Shown in pieces: positions 11,401 through 24,106 of a DNA stretch of 64,000 nt. The stretch lies in the NCBI RefSeq assembly GCF_030028105.1, contig NC_092378.1, positions 139,923,731 to 139,987,730 of the forward strand, given 5' to 3'. The notes below the pieces were generated by a model. The model did no database searches. It had not been told where the DNA came from and worked only from the letters and a program-made list of their open reading frames with translations. This stretch comes from Mobula birostris. Lineage: Eukaryota. How positions within the stretch are numbered: position 1 is the first letter of the stretch; every line of letters starts with the position of its first letter. The position numbers were made by a program, and so were the translations under genes.

Positions 11401-12521
11401 TAATTAATCAAAAATAAACTTTTCTGCCCATATAAGGCAAAAAAAAATTAAGGCTGACAGATTCACAACCTCCGATCAAACGGAGATAGTTAAAAATTAC
11501 GATTAAGATGTTGAGGGTGAAAATTGATCCAGATAACTCTGGGCATCCGATGGAGATTCAAAAAAACGAAGGGCTCCATCCAACGTACGAATCCTTAGAC
11601 GTGCTGGGTAAAGCAGCGCTGGTTTTAAATCCATCTTGTTGAGTCCCGACATCACAGATCTATAACGAATCCGTTGATCCCGAATTGGTTTACTGAAATC
11701 CTCCACAAATCGGAACTTAAGATCCAAAAAATCAATGTAACCTTTAGATCGAACGAAACGAAACAGTTTCTCCTTGTCTCGAAAGTAATGAAAACGTAAG
11801 ATGACATGCCGAGGTTTATCTGACTTAGACGAGTATGATGGAACTCTGTGAACACGATCCAATAACGGTGGTTGGTCAGGAAGTACAGTAGGAAATGCAT
11901 CTTTTAAAAGTTGAGAAAAATACTTCATAGGGTTAGAAGATTCGACAGCTTCATGCACCCCAATCATTCGAAGATTCTGCCGTCGCATTCTGGATTCTAA
12001 GTCAGAGTTTCTAAAGGTCAAAAAGTCAAGTTTCTTCTTCATTACCTTAATTGTTTCTTCGATTTTCTCCATCTTCAGTTCATTTTGTTGCGTGGATTTT
12101 TGAAGATCAGATATAACCGACTGATGTTCCGTAATAGATGTTTGAATCTTATCGATTGAATCGGCAATTTTCTGGAAATTAATTGAAATTTCCGCACGAA
12201 TCAGCTCCGTAATGGAGGTTGAAATTTCCCTTTGAATTAGATCCGATATAGCTTTCGAAGTCACCGGTGGTTCGGTCGGAGGGAAATCGGTACCTTTCGG
12301 TCTAACCGGAGGTTTGCCGTCCTTCCCGTTTTTTCCATTCTTAGACATAGCAGACTTTAAAAGCATCCGATTATCAAAGAGCCCAATTTATTTCAAAATA
12401 TTGTAAAAGTCGATGCCTTAATGGTTAATTAAAATATAGCTGATCATAAGAAGAAAAACTCAGAGGTAATGGAGCGAGTCAAGAACACGACTTCACTCCA
12501 TGAGCTCTACCGGAAGTCCCC
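8414..12521 (-). mobile_element. L1-clade LINE: 5'-intact, 3'-truncated, frameshifted ORF2
   Basis: 5' end GGGGACTTCCGG. ORF1 11503-12366. APE endonuclease pieces (SWNTNGL; GGDLN, SRIDY, SDHAP) and RT pieces (KAPGPDG, YRPISLLN, LDAEKAFDRV, QGCPLSP, YADD). Confidence 0.92.
11503..12366 (-). CDS. L1 ORF1p (coiled coil plus RRM/CTD), uninterrupted 287-aa frame
   Basis: LESRMRRQNLRMIGVHE, DRVHRV, PRHVILRF and LLYPARL are typical L1 ORF1 motifs. Confidence 0.8.
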   Translation of the reverse strand: MLLKSAMSKNGKNGKDGKPPVRPKGTDFPPTEPPVTSKAISDLIQREISTSITELIRAEISINFQKIADSIDKIQTSITEHQSVISDLQKSTQQNELKMEKIEETIKVMKKKLDFLTFRNSDLESRMRRQNLRMIGVHEAVESSNPMKYFSQLLKDAFPTVLPDQPPLLDRVHRVPSYSSKSDKPRHVILRFHYFRDKEKLFRFVRSKGYIDFLDLKFRFVEDFSKPIRDQRIRYRSVMSGLNKMDLKPALLYPARLRIRTLDGALRFFESPSDAQSYLDQFSPSTS

Positions 12522-12955
12522 GAGTTTTCAAGATTATCTCTGGTTCCCTTCCTCAATGATTGACCAAAGTAAGATACTTGCCAGTCCTCCAGGACTTCAC
12601 CTGTGGTTCGGGAGAACATAAGGGTATTGGTGAAAGCCCCAGCAATCTCTTCACACACCTCTCAAGAATCTAGGGTGTATCCCATCTGGCCCTGGAAACC
12701 TATTGACCTTAATGCTCTTTAAGAGACCCAATACCACCTCCTCCTTAACTTCAAAATACCCAAGCGTACTAATACATTTAGCATAGATTTCCCTATCCAC
12801 CATGTCCTCCTCCTTGGTAAATATTGATGTAAAGTATTCATTAATGAACTCACCCACATGCTCTGCCTCCAAGCAAATGTTCCCCCCTTATTCTTGAGTG
12901 GTCCCATCTTTTCCCTAGTTACCCTCTTGCTCCTGATGTATGTATGGAATATAGG
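12522..12955 (-). mobile_element. CR1 ORF2 fragment (upstream part of the copy at 7275-8416)
   Basis: NEYFTSIFTKE...PGPDGIHPRFL. Confidence 0.8.
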
Positions 12956-13289
12956 CAAATTTGAGAAGGTTAACTTGAGGTAGAAGACCAGCCACTATCA
13001 CTGAATGATGGAATGTTCTCAAATAGTCAGAATGGGCCACTCCAGCTTTTTTTTTGGCTTTAGCCTGTATCCAATTGGAAGGCAGCTGGTTCACAAGACT
13101 TTCTTTCCAATGTACTTGAACGGTCTTCTAGGGCATAGGCAAACCTGACATTTGATGACCAATATTATTGAAACAAGGAACTCAGTGTTGGGAATTTGGG
13201 CAGTTAAGGCAAGTTACTGTTCCTGGATTCCATCTGGATACTAGAGTTTGCTAACATGAAATACTATCAGATGACTGATGCCAAATCAT

Positions 13290-13311
13290 TTATATATATA
13301 TATATATATAT
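13290..13311. repeat. (TA)n microsatellite
   Basis: About 11 TA units. Confidence 0.9.
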
Positions 13312-13787
13312 TAGCTGATTGGATACAATTATTTTTGTTGAGTTTGTTTCAGAGGTTGAAAGTGAAGCTTAAAATATAATGGTTTAAAACATTCAAAGAA
13401 AAGTAGAGTGAAATGTAAAGGAGTGGTGGCACTGGAACCCTTTAACTTTTCTTATAAGACTTAGCCAATTAACTTCCTTTTCTTTCAGTTGCAGTGTTTT
13501 AAAACATCCCATGTTACATTAAAGCTCTCTGGGGGTGGAAGAGAGGAGAGGGGTGGCTAGAGAGCGGTTACTTACTGTTTTTGTGATAATCCTGAGCCTG
13601 ATCTTAATCGATAATTTCAGTGGTTTATCTGAAATCTTGCAAACCTTTATATGATCTTTTACTTTTATTGTATGCAAATGATAAAAGCTTGCATTCGTTT
13701 ATGACTGAAATGTCTAGTCTAATTAATCTCTACTGCCAAGCTCTCTAAGTTGCTCATTTAACTTTTGCTGATTTTGTTTTATTTCAG

Positions 13788-13986
13788 GTTGGAATTCTGG
13801 ACATCGATCTTTGTGGTCCTAGTATCCCCCGGATGCTGAATGTTCTCAATAGTGCTGTGCACCAGTGTGACGCTGGATGGGTTCCAGTTTATGTAGACAC
13901 CAATAAAACAATGTGCTTGATGTCAATAGGCTTTCTCTTGGAGAGTCCAGATGATGCTGTGATATGGAGAGGGCCAAAGAAAACAG
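13788..13986 (+). CDS. NUBP2: NUBP2 exon 3
   Basis: tttcag| ... |gtgatg; encodes [17 protein letters not shown]...[22 protein letters not shown]. Confidence 0.95.
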
Positions 13987-16119
13987 GTGATGTTCTATTA
14001 CTTCACAGCATAATGGAACAGTCTACTCTATGGTCCAATAATTAGTGATCTATCTATCTATTTATTTAGATTTATAGCATAGTAACAAGCTCTTCTGGCC
14101 CATCTAAGCCTGTGCCGCTCTAGAACACCCTTGTGACCAATTAACCTACTAACCCACATGACTTTGAAATGCAGGAGGAAACCAATTTAGAAGTGATTTA
14201 TTATCAGTTCAAACTTTTCTTCAGCATTTTGGTGACCTTTTTGATCAGTGCACCGTGCCATTCTTGATGAAAAATTGTCTTTTGGTCATGCTATGTAGTG
14301 ATATTAGGAAATGACTGGAATAAAATTCAAGCAAGGGGATACTTGCTATAATAGCTTCTTTGAAGCTTGAAAGGCTTCCTTTTCAACTGACATTTCCCTT
14401 TCAGCAAAGTTGGCTGCTAAAACGAATGTTCAGCCAGTTGTACTTCAAGCGTAGCATTTGAGCATCCAGTCTGTATTAATAAATAGAGAATTCATTCATA
14501 ATGTTTTAGTGCTCTGACTGAGAGCCAAAAGTTTACAAATGTGTGCCAGCCCACAAATTTTGTTGAAGAGCTCTTTGTACTTCTTGCGTTCTGTACAGAC
14601 ATAAATGTGTTGGCCAAATTTAAAACAGCTGCAACTTGGTAACAGCATACATTGTGAACAGCTTGTTATTATGGCCTTAGAAGTTTCTTCATCTTGTAAT
14701 ATGAAAGATACAGAGAAGAGCCGCTCATTGCAATGAAATTTGGCAAGTATTTTATCGATGTCATTGATATAACTTGTGTGGCACAGCGGGGCTGCAGGTG
14801 ATGTGCAACTGTCTCGCATCTCCTGTGACCTAAATTTGATTCTGACCTCTGGTGCTGACTGTGTGCAATTTACATGTTTTCTCTGTGATTTCAGAGCATC
14901 TGAGGGAAATTCATGGTTAATTGTCTGTGTAAATTGATTCTAATGTATATGAATGATATTGGTTTATTATTAGTTTACGAAGGTGCAGTGAAAATCTTGT
15001 CTTGTATTCAGTTTATTTCGATCAAATCATTGAGCTAGAATAAGGTAAAAAAATAACAATGCAGAATAAAGTGTAAAAGCTACCAAAAAAAATGTAGTAC
15101 AGGTAAACGATAAAGTGCAGGATCATTACGAGGTAGACTGTACCCTAAGAGGTCTGTTCAGTAGTCCGATAACAGTGGGATAGAAGCTGTCCTTAAGCCT
15201 GGTGGTACATGCTTTCAAGCTTATGTATTTTCTTCCTGATGGTAGGAGAATTGGGAGGTGTTAATAGGCATGTGTAGAAATAGATTGCAGAGAAATAAGT
15301 GAGGAATGGGATTGATTGGATTACTGAGGTCTTGAACAAAGATTTCTCTTGCTTCCAGTAATTTCTCCTTCCTTCCATTTCTTTCTTTTTCCATTCTCCA
15401 TTTAGGCTTCCCTCTTAATCCCCTTCTCACCTGCCTATCACCTCCCTCTGGTACCTGTCCTTCTTCCCTCTTTCCCACGGTCCCTTCTTCTCTCCTGTCA
15501 GATTCCTTCTTCTTCAGCGCTTTACCTTTTCCACTTGTCACCACACAGCTTCTCACTTCATCCCACCTACCTGTTCATTTCTCGTAGAGCCAACGGGCAA
15601 GTAGACTCCAGTGTTAGAAGAAAAGGTGAAATACGAATGGAAGACCAAAAAAATGATGCAATAACTGCAAAAGCATCCTTCATTGTTTTGCAAGAGTAAA
15701 ACCCACATAAAATTTCTGGTTACGTGCTTCCATGCACTCTCTGTTAACATTGTTTATTTGCAAAAGGGGTTAACTACACTTGAGTATAGATTTACAGTGG
15801 CAGCTTCCCTTATCAGTGTGGACAAAAAGTTGTAAAGCTAACAGCTTAGAAATGTAAAATAAAGGAAGTTAACTGATAAAACCTGACCAAGTTCTGTTTG
15901 TGGAATCCTGCCAAATACATACAAAAAAACCCAACTGAATCACCAAATTTAACCCCATACTCAAGTTACTGAGAGCAATGTGACAGGCTAATTCTGGCTC
16001 CTTCAGAAGCAATATACTATTCCTGGAGAGAGATGAAGTCCCTGCCCCATCAATTAACCTTGAGGTATGTTTGGCCTTGAATGCCAGCATGCAGCATACA
16101 CTTGAGCTAGAATTTTGTA

Positions 16120-16700
16120 GAATTCTACAGATGCTGGAGATCCAGAGTAACGCACGCAAAATGCTGGAGGAACTCAGCAGGTCAGGCAGCATCTATGGAA
16201 AAGAATAAAGAGTTGATGTTTTGGGCTGAGACCCCTTTTCAGGACTGGGCAGGAAGGGGAAAGAAGCCAGAATAAGATGGTGGGGTGGGGGTGGTGTACA
16301 AGCTGGCATATGATAGGTGAAACCAGATGAGGAGGAAGGTAGGTGGGTGGGGGAGAGAGGGTTTGAGTGAGAGGAGAGTGGACAGTGGGAGAAAGGGAAG
16401 GATGTGAGACACCAGAGGGAGATGGTAGGCAGGCGAGGAGAAGAGAAGAAACAAGGTAAGGGGTAACCAGAATAGGGAATGAAAAATGGAGGGGGTAGAA
16501 ATTAGCTGAAGTTAGAGAAATCGGTGTATATCCCATCAGGTTAGAGGTGCTTCTCCTCCAAATTGACAGTGGCTTCATCATGGCGGTAGCGGATGCCACA
16601 CATACACATATATTGTATTGGGCATGGGGATTGGAATTATCATGGTTTATATCACCAGGAAATCCTGTGTTTTGTAGACAGAGCGAAAGTGCTCAATAAA
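16120..16700 (-). mobile_element. Penelope-like element 3' fragment
   Basis: Reverse-complement similarity to 4050-4529, including the pLTR/hammerhead-like segment at ~16210-16246. Confidence 0.7.
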
Positions 16701-16926
16701 GCAGTCCCATTTAAGGATAGATTGTAATTTAGTCCCACAAAAAGACCAGAAATTATGTTTTTTTTTGTAGAGCTGTATCAACAAGTTCACATGAAATTGA
16801 GATGGGCTCTTTCAAATGACCAGGTCTATAGACTAATGCTGAATGGAACATAAAACTCAGATTAAACTGAAGCTTGAAGTGTTCTCCATGTTTACAAAAT
16901 AAAGGTAATGTGTTTGTTCCTTTTAG

Positions 16927-17081
16927 CTCTTATCAAGCAATTTCTCTCTGATGTGGCGTGGGGAGAGCTTGACTATCTCATTGTAGACACACCTCCAGGG
17001 ACTTCTGATGAGCACATCTCAGTGGTGGAGGCCCTTCGTCAACATAAACCCGATGGAGCTCTTTTGGTTACGACGCCTCAG
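16927..17081 (+). CDS. NUBP2: NUBP2 exon 4
   Basis: ttttag| ... |gtatat; encodes [32 protein letters not shown]...LVTTPQ (Mrp signature). Confidence 0.95.
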
Positions 17082-18469
17082 GTATATTTTCTAAAGAATT
17101 TAAAGGTGTTTCCCCCATTAAGCTAGGCTAATTAATGCTGATAATTAAAAATAGAGTAGAATAATTGTTACATGCATCAGGTACTTGCATTCTTTACTCG
17201 AGAGATAGGAATATATTCTGTCCTTGTGAACTATGTATTTTGTCCCAAAGAGAGCCATTATCTACCTAGGGTTGGGCTAGAAGATGGAAATAATCAGTCA
17301 TGATCTTATGAATGAGCCACATGACCTATTCTGTTCCTTGGATTCTTCTGAAAATGGAGAATGCATGTTTGGATCATGTTTCTTGAGGAAAAACTTTGCA
17401 GTTAAATTCATGACGTAGATCATAATGTGATCTGTAATGGACACAGATTCTGTGGTCATTTTGTTATCAATTGTCTTATTTCTGGATATCTTGCCTTTTT
17501 GTGAATTGATAGATTATACAGCTGATATACTGGTCAGAGTAAGTTTTGGGAGCTGAGATATTTGTGTCTGCCCAAAATTGATGTTGCTCAGTATTTTCCA
17601 GATACAGTGGAAAATTTGTAGTCTCTAGATCCAATTTATTTTTCCACTATTGTCAGGGGGGAAAAACATGGTAATGAAATATTTTACTAGTCTTAAGGGT
17701 TTTTTTTGGTTCAGAGATATCTTTATTCCTGGGATCTTATGTTTCCTTTTCCTCTATTTCATGCAATGAAACCTGTAATGTATACGGAAGTAGAATAATG
17801 CAACTGGCATTTAATCTTTATTAGTGAATGTAATGTTAAAGAAATTAGGAATTTATTGGATATTGTTGTAAAGTTTTTTATTAGACGGGATTCACCATGG
17901 TGCTCAGTATGATCTTGGTCATAGATTTTGTTGGAACTGCCCTCTAGTGCCACTAGTGGTAACTGCAACAGGTCCACAGGGCTGATGTTATTTCAAACTG
18001 TTAAAATAATAAGTATTAGATTAACTACCTTTCATTTCAAAAATCAGTTTCACCCTGTCTGATATGCATTTATTTTCTGTTTTGCTTTTCCCTCCAGTAG
18101 CTGTAGAAAGTGAAGTTATTCTACCAAGTATTGAGAGATTCATTCCTTTCAGTTTCCCTAAGACCTGGTCTGGAGCATATTCAGTTATGACTGATCTCCT
18201 TCATTAAAAGTTTTTGCTCTTGACATTGAGGCTGGCCTTTCCAATTCAAATTTATTTCTATTCTTAATGTTAATGAATTCAGAATTGGTACGGCTAAATG
18301 CTTCTGAAAAATTAATTTATATTTTTATTTGCTTTAGAACTAATGTACAAGATATTGATTGGATGAATCTTTATTTCCTATCTCTGTGTCCCTTTGTTTC
18401 CATATTTCACTAATTCCAATCTAACCAGTATTCCTCAGGAGTATCCTGTCCGCTTTAAATAAGACATAT

Positions 18470-18760
18470 TTTATTTTATTTGGAGATGCAGTGTGGAACA
18501 GGCCCTTCTGGCCTAGTAAGCCACACCACCCAGCAACTCACCTATTTACCTCTAGCCTAATCAAGGGGCAATTTACAATAACCAATTAACCTACTAACTA
18601 GTACGTCTTTGGAATGTGGGAGGAAACCAGAGTACCCCGAGGAAACCCACGGGGAAGACATACAAACTCCTTGCAGACAGCATGGAAATTGAGCACCGAG
18701 CTCCAATCCCAGGCTGTAATAGTCTTGTGCTAACTGATATGCTACTGTAGCGCCCTACTC
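18470..18760 (-). mobile_element. V-SINE
   Basis: Reverse V-domain gtctttggaatgtgggaggaaaccagagtacccc. Confidence 0.7.
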
Positions 18761-19124
18761 TTAACTCCTACTATTAGACTGCTCTTAGCATGTTTCATTC
18801 TAGAGTTCATGTCTTCACTGAACCTCAAAACAGTGAAACCCTCGCCTTGTCCCCTCTCATGGAAGCTGAAGACTTGAAGATATAAAGATTGGTGCCAAAT
18901 AATCATTACCTGTCTTTTCTTTAATTTCTAGCTCACTTAATTGGGTGAAAGAAGTCTTTTTCAATGAACAGTGACGAATCCATATTAGCAAGTGGTTCAT
19001 TCATTTATGATCATTGATAACAAATATTGATCAAAAAGGATGTTTTGCTTTATCTGAAAACAAGTACGTGTTACCTAAATACTGGGCGGAATGCACCATC
19101 TAAGTGTTTCTTTTCAATTAATAG

Positions 19125-19235
19125 GCAGTATCTATAGGGGATGTAAGAAGGGAATTGACGTTCTGTAAGAAAACTGGATTACCTGTCATTGGAATAATTG
19201 AGAACATGAGTGGCTTTGTCTGCCCAAACTGTTCA
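19125..19235 (+). CDS. NUBP2: NUBP2 exon 5, CPxC Fe-S ligand motif
   Basis: atag| ... |gtgagt; encodes [37 protein letters not shown]. Confidence 0.95.
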
Positions 19236-20003
19236 GTGAGTATGACTGATTTTTTTGAACTGTGGGTTCATTAAGTCACAGTGGATGTGTTTTACGACGT
19301 TGAATATTTTGCATTCAGCAGCAAGGTACAAACAAAGATGCCAACACATATTTAACACCTTCTGCATTGTGGCCTTCTCTTTGCTGACATTGGTTACTGC
19401 CAGACATTGCTTTAAAGCGATCTTTGGTACTCCGTAGCAGTATTTCCATTAAGCTGGTTGAACCAATAATACTGCAGTAAGAATTCTCTCCGACAGAAAG
19501 TATTTATTTTGCAACTGTAGTATTTTAAGCATTTTACAGAGTACAAAATAAAGCCTTGGAATATTAGGTTAAAGTGGAAGCTCATTTTTGGAAGAAAAAT
19601 TACTACATTCTAATATATTCATAAAGGAATTGCAATTAACATGTATCATCTGTATTAAGGGCCTGAGTTTGCGGCTTGGTAATTATGGCCAAGATCAACA
19701 TTTTAAAAAGCTCATGTAACCATTTATCATAGTTTGAAGATACCTTTCATCAAGAAAAGTGGAAAATTTCCTCCATTCAGTTGATTTCCTATTGTTTTAT
19801 GGAAGGAAGCAAAACAGTATATTTCTTGGAAAACTGTAAAGTCACCCTCTAGATTTTCATGTTATGAAAATACCAAAATTGTTTGTTTACTTCACAATGC
19901 AAGGATGGCTCATGCTGATAATTTCATTCCTGTTTAATGGCTTGTTAAGGTACATTGTTTATCTGCTTCAGGTTCTTGACTTGGGTAAATTACTATTTTT
20001 CAG

Positions 20004-20073
20004 GAATGCACTAATGTATTTTCCAGAGGAGGTGGGGAAGCACTTGCTGAGCAGTCCGGGGTTCCATTTCTAG
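20004..20073 (+). CDS. NUBP2: NUBP2 exon 6
   Basis: tttcag| ... |gtgaga; encodes ECTNVFSRGGGEALAEQSGVPFL. Confidence 0.93.
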
Positions 20074-20806
20074 GTGAGATCTAGAAATAAACTATGGAGA
20101 CATAAATCACCTGTCAGTTTTGGAATGTGATTAATATCAGCCAATTATCTTGATTATTATTCAAGTATAAGCTTTTTAATAATTTTACAATTGATGAATG
20201 CTAGATTCAAGGAAACTGCTGAAGGAACTCAGCAGGTCAGGCAGTATCTACGGAGAGGATTTCTTGGTCCGAAACTTCAGCTCTTTATTCCTCTCCATAG
20301 ATGCTGCCTGATGTACTGAGTTCCTCCAGCATTTTGTGTGTGTTACACTGGATCTCCAGCGTCTGCAGAACCTCTTGCGTTACAGATTCCAACAGCCACA
20401 GGATTTAGAGGAGCAAATTTGTGGAGAGTTTGCAGACTGTTGCAAGAAACATAAGGTTGTGCTAGTAGGTCACTGCCTTTCCACATGTTGACTGGGACTC
20501 TCATACTGTAAAATGGCTGGATGGGATAGGACTTTATTTACTAATGAATAAGGGGAGGTTTGATAGATGTATACAAAAATATGAGGGATATAGATAAGGT
20601 AAATACAAGCAGGCTTTTTCCACTGTGGTTGGGTGAGAACTAGAACTAGAGATAATGGACTAAAGGTGGAAAATGAAATGCTTAAGGGGAACATGATGGC
20701 GAACTTCTTCATTCAGTGTGGTGAAAGTATGCCAGCGGAAGTGGTGAATGCAGATTTGATTACAATATTTAAGAGAAATTTGGATAGTACATGGATGGGA
20801 GGGTTA

Positions 20807-21507
20807 AGGCCAATTTATATTTCTGCGTCAAATCTACGCAGTAGCCTGACGCGTACCTCCCCAAAAATTTAACTACGCGTCGTGGCGACGCAGACCACGA
20901 CAACTGTGATTGGTCCGCTTGGTAGCATTGCATTTCCTCCTACGCTGCAATAGCTTCCCATTGGGTGACTGAAGGGCAGGGAAGGAACTCTGGCTGCAAT
21001 GCTTTCCATAAAGCTTTACAGAACCTCCGAAATTATGGAGGACCCTGTGCTTGATGCCAGTTTGTAGCTAGCTGCTGCACCCTGTTGACTTCCACCTGAA
21101 GCGAAAACTCGAATGGTGATTGCCAGTCTCTGAGTATACTGTGCGTACACTGATGCGAAATAAATGGTCGGAGACGATGAACCAAATTGTCAAATCTACC
21201 TGCCGACATCCGAAAATATTTGAAATATATTTCCTTGTCCATGTCTCTCTGTGGCTGGACAAGCACAGAAAATTCACCCTCCTTCAGTTTCAGTCGCCAT
21301 TGTTTGAAGTTTGAGTTTCTTCATGTTGAGTTTCAACACGAAGAAACTCAACACAGTGGCATAGAGACCCCACCGCCAACTAGCGTTTTGGCGGTGAATT
21401 GTAGAGCGACGCAAACACACCAACGCACAGGTATAACTGTTCATAACGGCGTAGGCCTCTTGCGTAGGCTACAGCAAAGGCTACTACGCAGAAGTATAAA
21501 TCAGCCT
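20807..21507 (-). mobile_element. PIF/Harbinger deletion derivative inserted in a CR1 3' fragment
   Basis: TIRs aggccaatttatatttctgcgt / acgcagaagtataaatcagcct with a TTA TSD on both sides. Internal [21 protein letters not shown] resembles a Harbinger transposase N-terminus. CR1 sequence resumes across the insertion. Confidence 0.85.
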
Positions 21508-22289
21508 TTATGGTCTGGGCACAGGTCAATGGGATAGAGCGAATCAATAGTTTGGCATGGACTAGATGGGCCAAATGGCCTGTTTCTGTGCAGTAGTGCT
21601 GTATGCCTGCAACTTAGTGAGATTGAATGTGCGGCTTTGAGAATAAGTTTTGGAATTGAATACTTTTCCTATTGGCTGAATAAGTCTTATTTGGCTGTCA
21701 AAGGAAACCAGCCATTCTGACTTCACCTGCTTATTCCCCTATAACCTGTTCTCTCGTATTTGGCCAGCAATTGAATCCCTGCTGCCCAAACATGGGGCAG
21801 GAGAGCGTAGATGCTGCACTGTCAAAACCCTGGTCAGGATCTAACCAGGGTTGCTAGAGCTCTGCATCTTGTGAGCATGTCATACCCCTTGAATAGTCTA
21901 AACTCTTAACCACACTTTTATGTGAGGTGTGTCCCTGGGTTCACAGCTTGCTTTTGTAGCGAATGTCAGTGGATCCAAGTAAAATCAAGGCTAAAAATTT
22001 TTCCGTATTTTTGAAGGTACATGTAATGCCCTGGGGAGGTTTCAGTATATTATTAATACGCATTTTAATTGTTGATTGCCTTTTGATGTGCCAGATTTTG
22101 TAATATTGATTATAAAAATATTAAGGGCATAGAACATGAGAGTAGGAGGTTATGGTACAAAACTACCTAAAACATTCCTGCCCAGTGAAGTGAAATGAAA
22201 AGCTGGGTAATGCCGCGTTTTATGTTTATGTGAGCTAATATTTTTTTAATGTACTGTACTATCCTTATAATATTCTGTATAAAAATATT

Positions 22290-22705
22290 TGGATATGTTG
22301 TCACAAGGAAGCACCATCTGGCCCTATTCTCATTACTACCACCAGGCAGGTGGTACAGACGCCTTAGGTCCCACACCACTAGATTCGGTAACAATTATTA
22401 CCTTACAGCCATCAGGCTCCTGAGCTGGTGTGGATAACTTCACCACTAATCTAACTCTAATGTGAACTGATTATACAACCCATAGACTCACTTCCAGGAA
22501 CTCTTTACAACTCATGTTCTCAATATTATTTTAATTTGCGGTTTGTCGTCTTTTGCACATTGATTGTTTGTCAGTGTTTATGTATAGTTTTTTGTAAGAT
22601 TCTATTGAATTCTTTTTCCTGTGAATCCCTGCAAGAAAAAAAGAGTCTCAAGGTAGTATATGATAACCTATATGTACTTTGATAAAAGATTTACTTTGAA
22701 CTTAT
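22290..22705 (+). mobile_element. Rex1/Babar-type LINE 3' fragment
   Basis: LFSLLPPGRWYRRLRSHTTRF, then a 3' UTR ending ...tttactttgaac. Confidence 0.6.
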
Positions 22706-23094
22706 ATCAAGATTGGCAGCATTTTGTATGGAAAGGGGGAAACTCAGACAAGCACAAGTTCAAATCCACTAATTGTAAGATACACAAGACTGCAGATGCT
22801 GGAATCTGGAGCCACAAACAATTTGCTGGAGGAACTCAGTGGATTAATACGGAAAATAATCCCCCTCTCACAACAAATCCTGCTCAATCTGTTGAGTTCC
22901 TCCAGCAGATTATTTTTGAGTTTAATTTTGAACCTAAGGGGGTTTTTGTCTCCTCTTATTTACAGCAGCAATGTTCGTGGGCATTATAAGTATCTGTTAA
23001 GATTACTTTAGTTAAAACTCTGTTGAGGGATAGAATATGTAAGTTTTACATTTTCGCTTTTGAAATATCATTGCATATATTTTCTTCTACTCAG

Positions 23095-23249
23095 GATGTG
23101 TTCCTCTAGATCCTCAACTGGCACATAGTCTGGAAGAAGGTAGAGATTTCATCCAAGCCTTTCCAAAGAGTGCAACCTTCGATGCCATTAATAAAATAGT
23201 GGAGAAGATTTTAAGCAATGATAATGAGTTCTCTGGACATGATACATGA
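23095..23249 (+). CDS. NUBP2: NUBP2 exon 7 (last coding exon); cytosolic Fe-S cluster assembly factor, 272 aa in total
   Basis: ctcag|; encodes GCVPLDPQLAHSLEEGRDFIQAFPKS...GHDT*. The seven exons sum to 819 nt in frame. The protein lacks the N-terminal 4-Cys extension of NUBP1, so it is NUBP2. Confidence 0.93.
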
Positions 23250-23464
23250 CCATAGAAACAGGAATGGGTTATTTAGGCTCTCAAGCCTATTTCTCCATTA
23301 AGTGGAATTACCACTGACTCATGAGCTAACTCCTTTACTTAATAGCTCTTGATAATTAACATGCACCAAAATCTATCAATACTGCATTTAAAATTACAAA
23401 TTGACCCAGGAGCAGCTAGTATTTGTGGAGGAGGGTTTTATGCCTCTATACTATACAACATTCG

Positions 23465-23722
23465 AATGGCAGGGTAGTGTAGGTTCGCACAATGCAATAT
23501 AGTACCAGTGACCAGGGTTCAATTCCTGCCGCTCCCTGTAAGGAGTTTGTACATTATCCCTGTGAGCGCGTGGGTTTCCTCTCCTAGTCCAAGACATGCC
23601 AGTTGGTAGGTTAATTGGTCATTGTAAATTGCCTTGTGATAAGGCTACGATTAAATTGGGGGATTGCTGGCGGTGCGGCTCGAAGGGCTTATTTGTGCTT
23701 TATCTCAATAAATAAACAAACA
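23465..23722 (+). mobile_element. V-SINE in the presumptive NUBP2 3' UTR
   Basis: B-box gggttcaattcc, V-domain and tail aataaataaacaaa. Confidence 0.75.
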
Positions 23723-24100
23723 AATTCTTAGAGCAGTAAAGTGTATACTAACATTCACAAGAGCAGCCTCTAATTTTTAGATGCTGTCTCAACTCCTTAG
23801 TGACTGGAGATAGTTTTTCCCTGTTGGCAGTGTCAATTGCCCTCTAATATCTTGAAAAACTCAGATAAAATTTTCTCTTAATCCTTAACTTCCAGGGAAC
23901 ACAATCATAGCTAAAATAAAGTAAGGGCAGAGGATTGTTCTTTGTATATTTGTATTGGACAGCAGAAATAGGAGATTGGGGAAAAGAAGCATTAAATATA
24001 CCCATTCCTGAGATATGATAACAAGATGTCAATATTTATTCCAGAAATAAGTTTTATAAATATGGAACAGTATTTGTGCTTATTGAAATGTGCAAAAAAA

Positions 24101-24106
24101 AATAAA
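24101..24106 (+). terminator. Candidate NUBP2 polyadenylation signal
   Basis: AATAAA followed by T/GT-rich sequence, ~850 nt after the stop codon. Confidence 0.45.
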
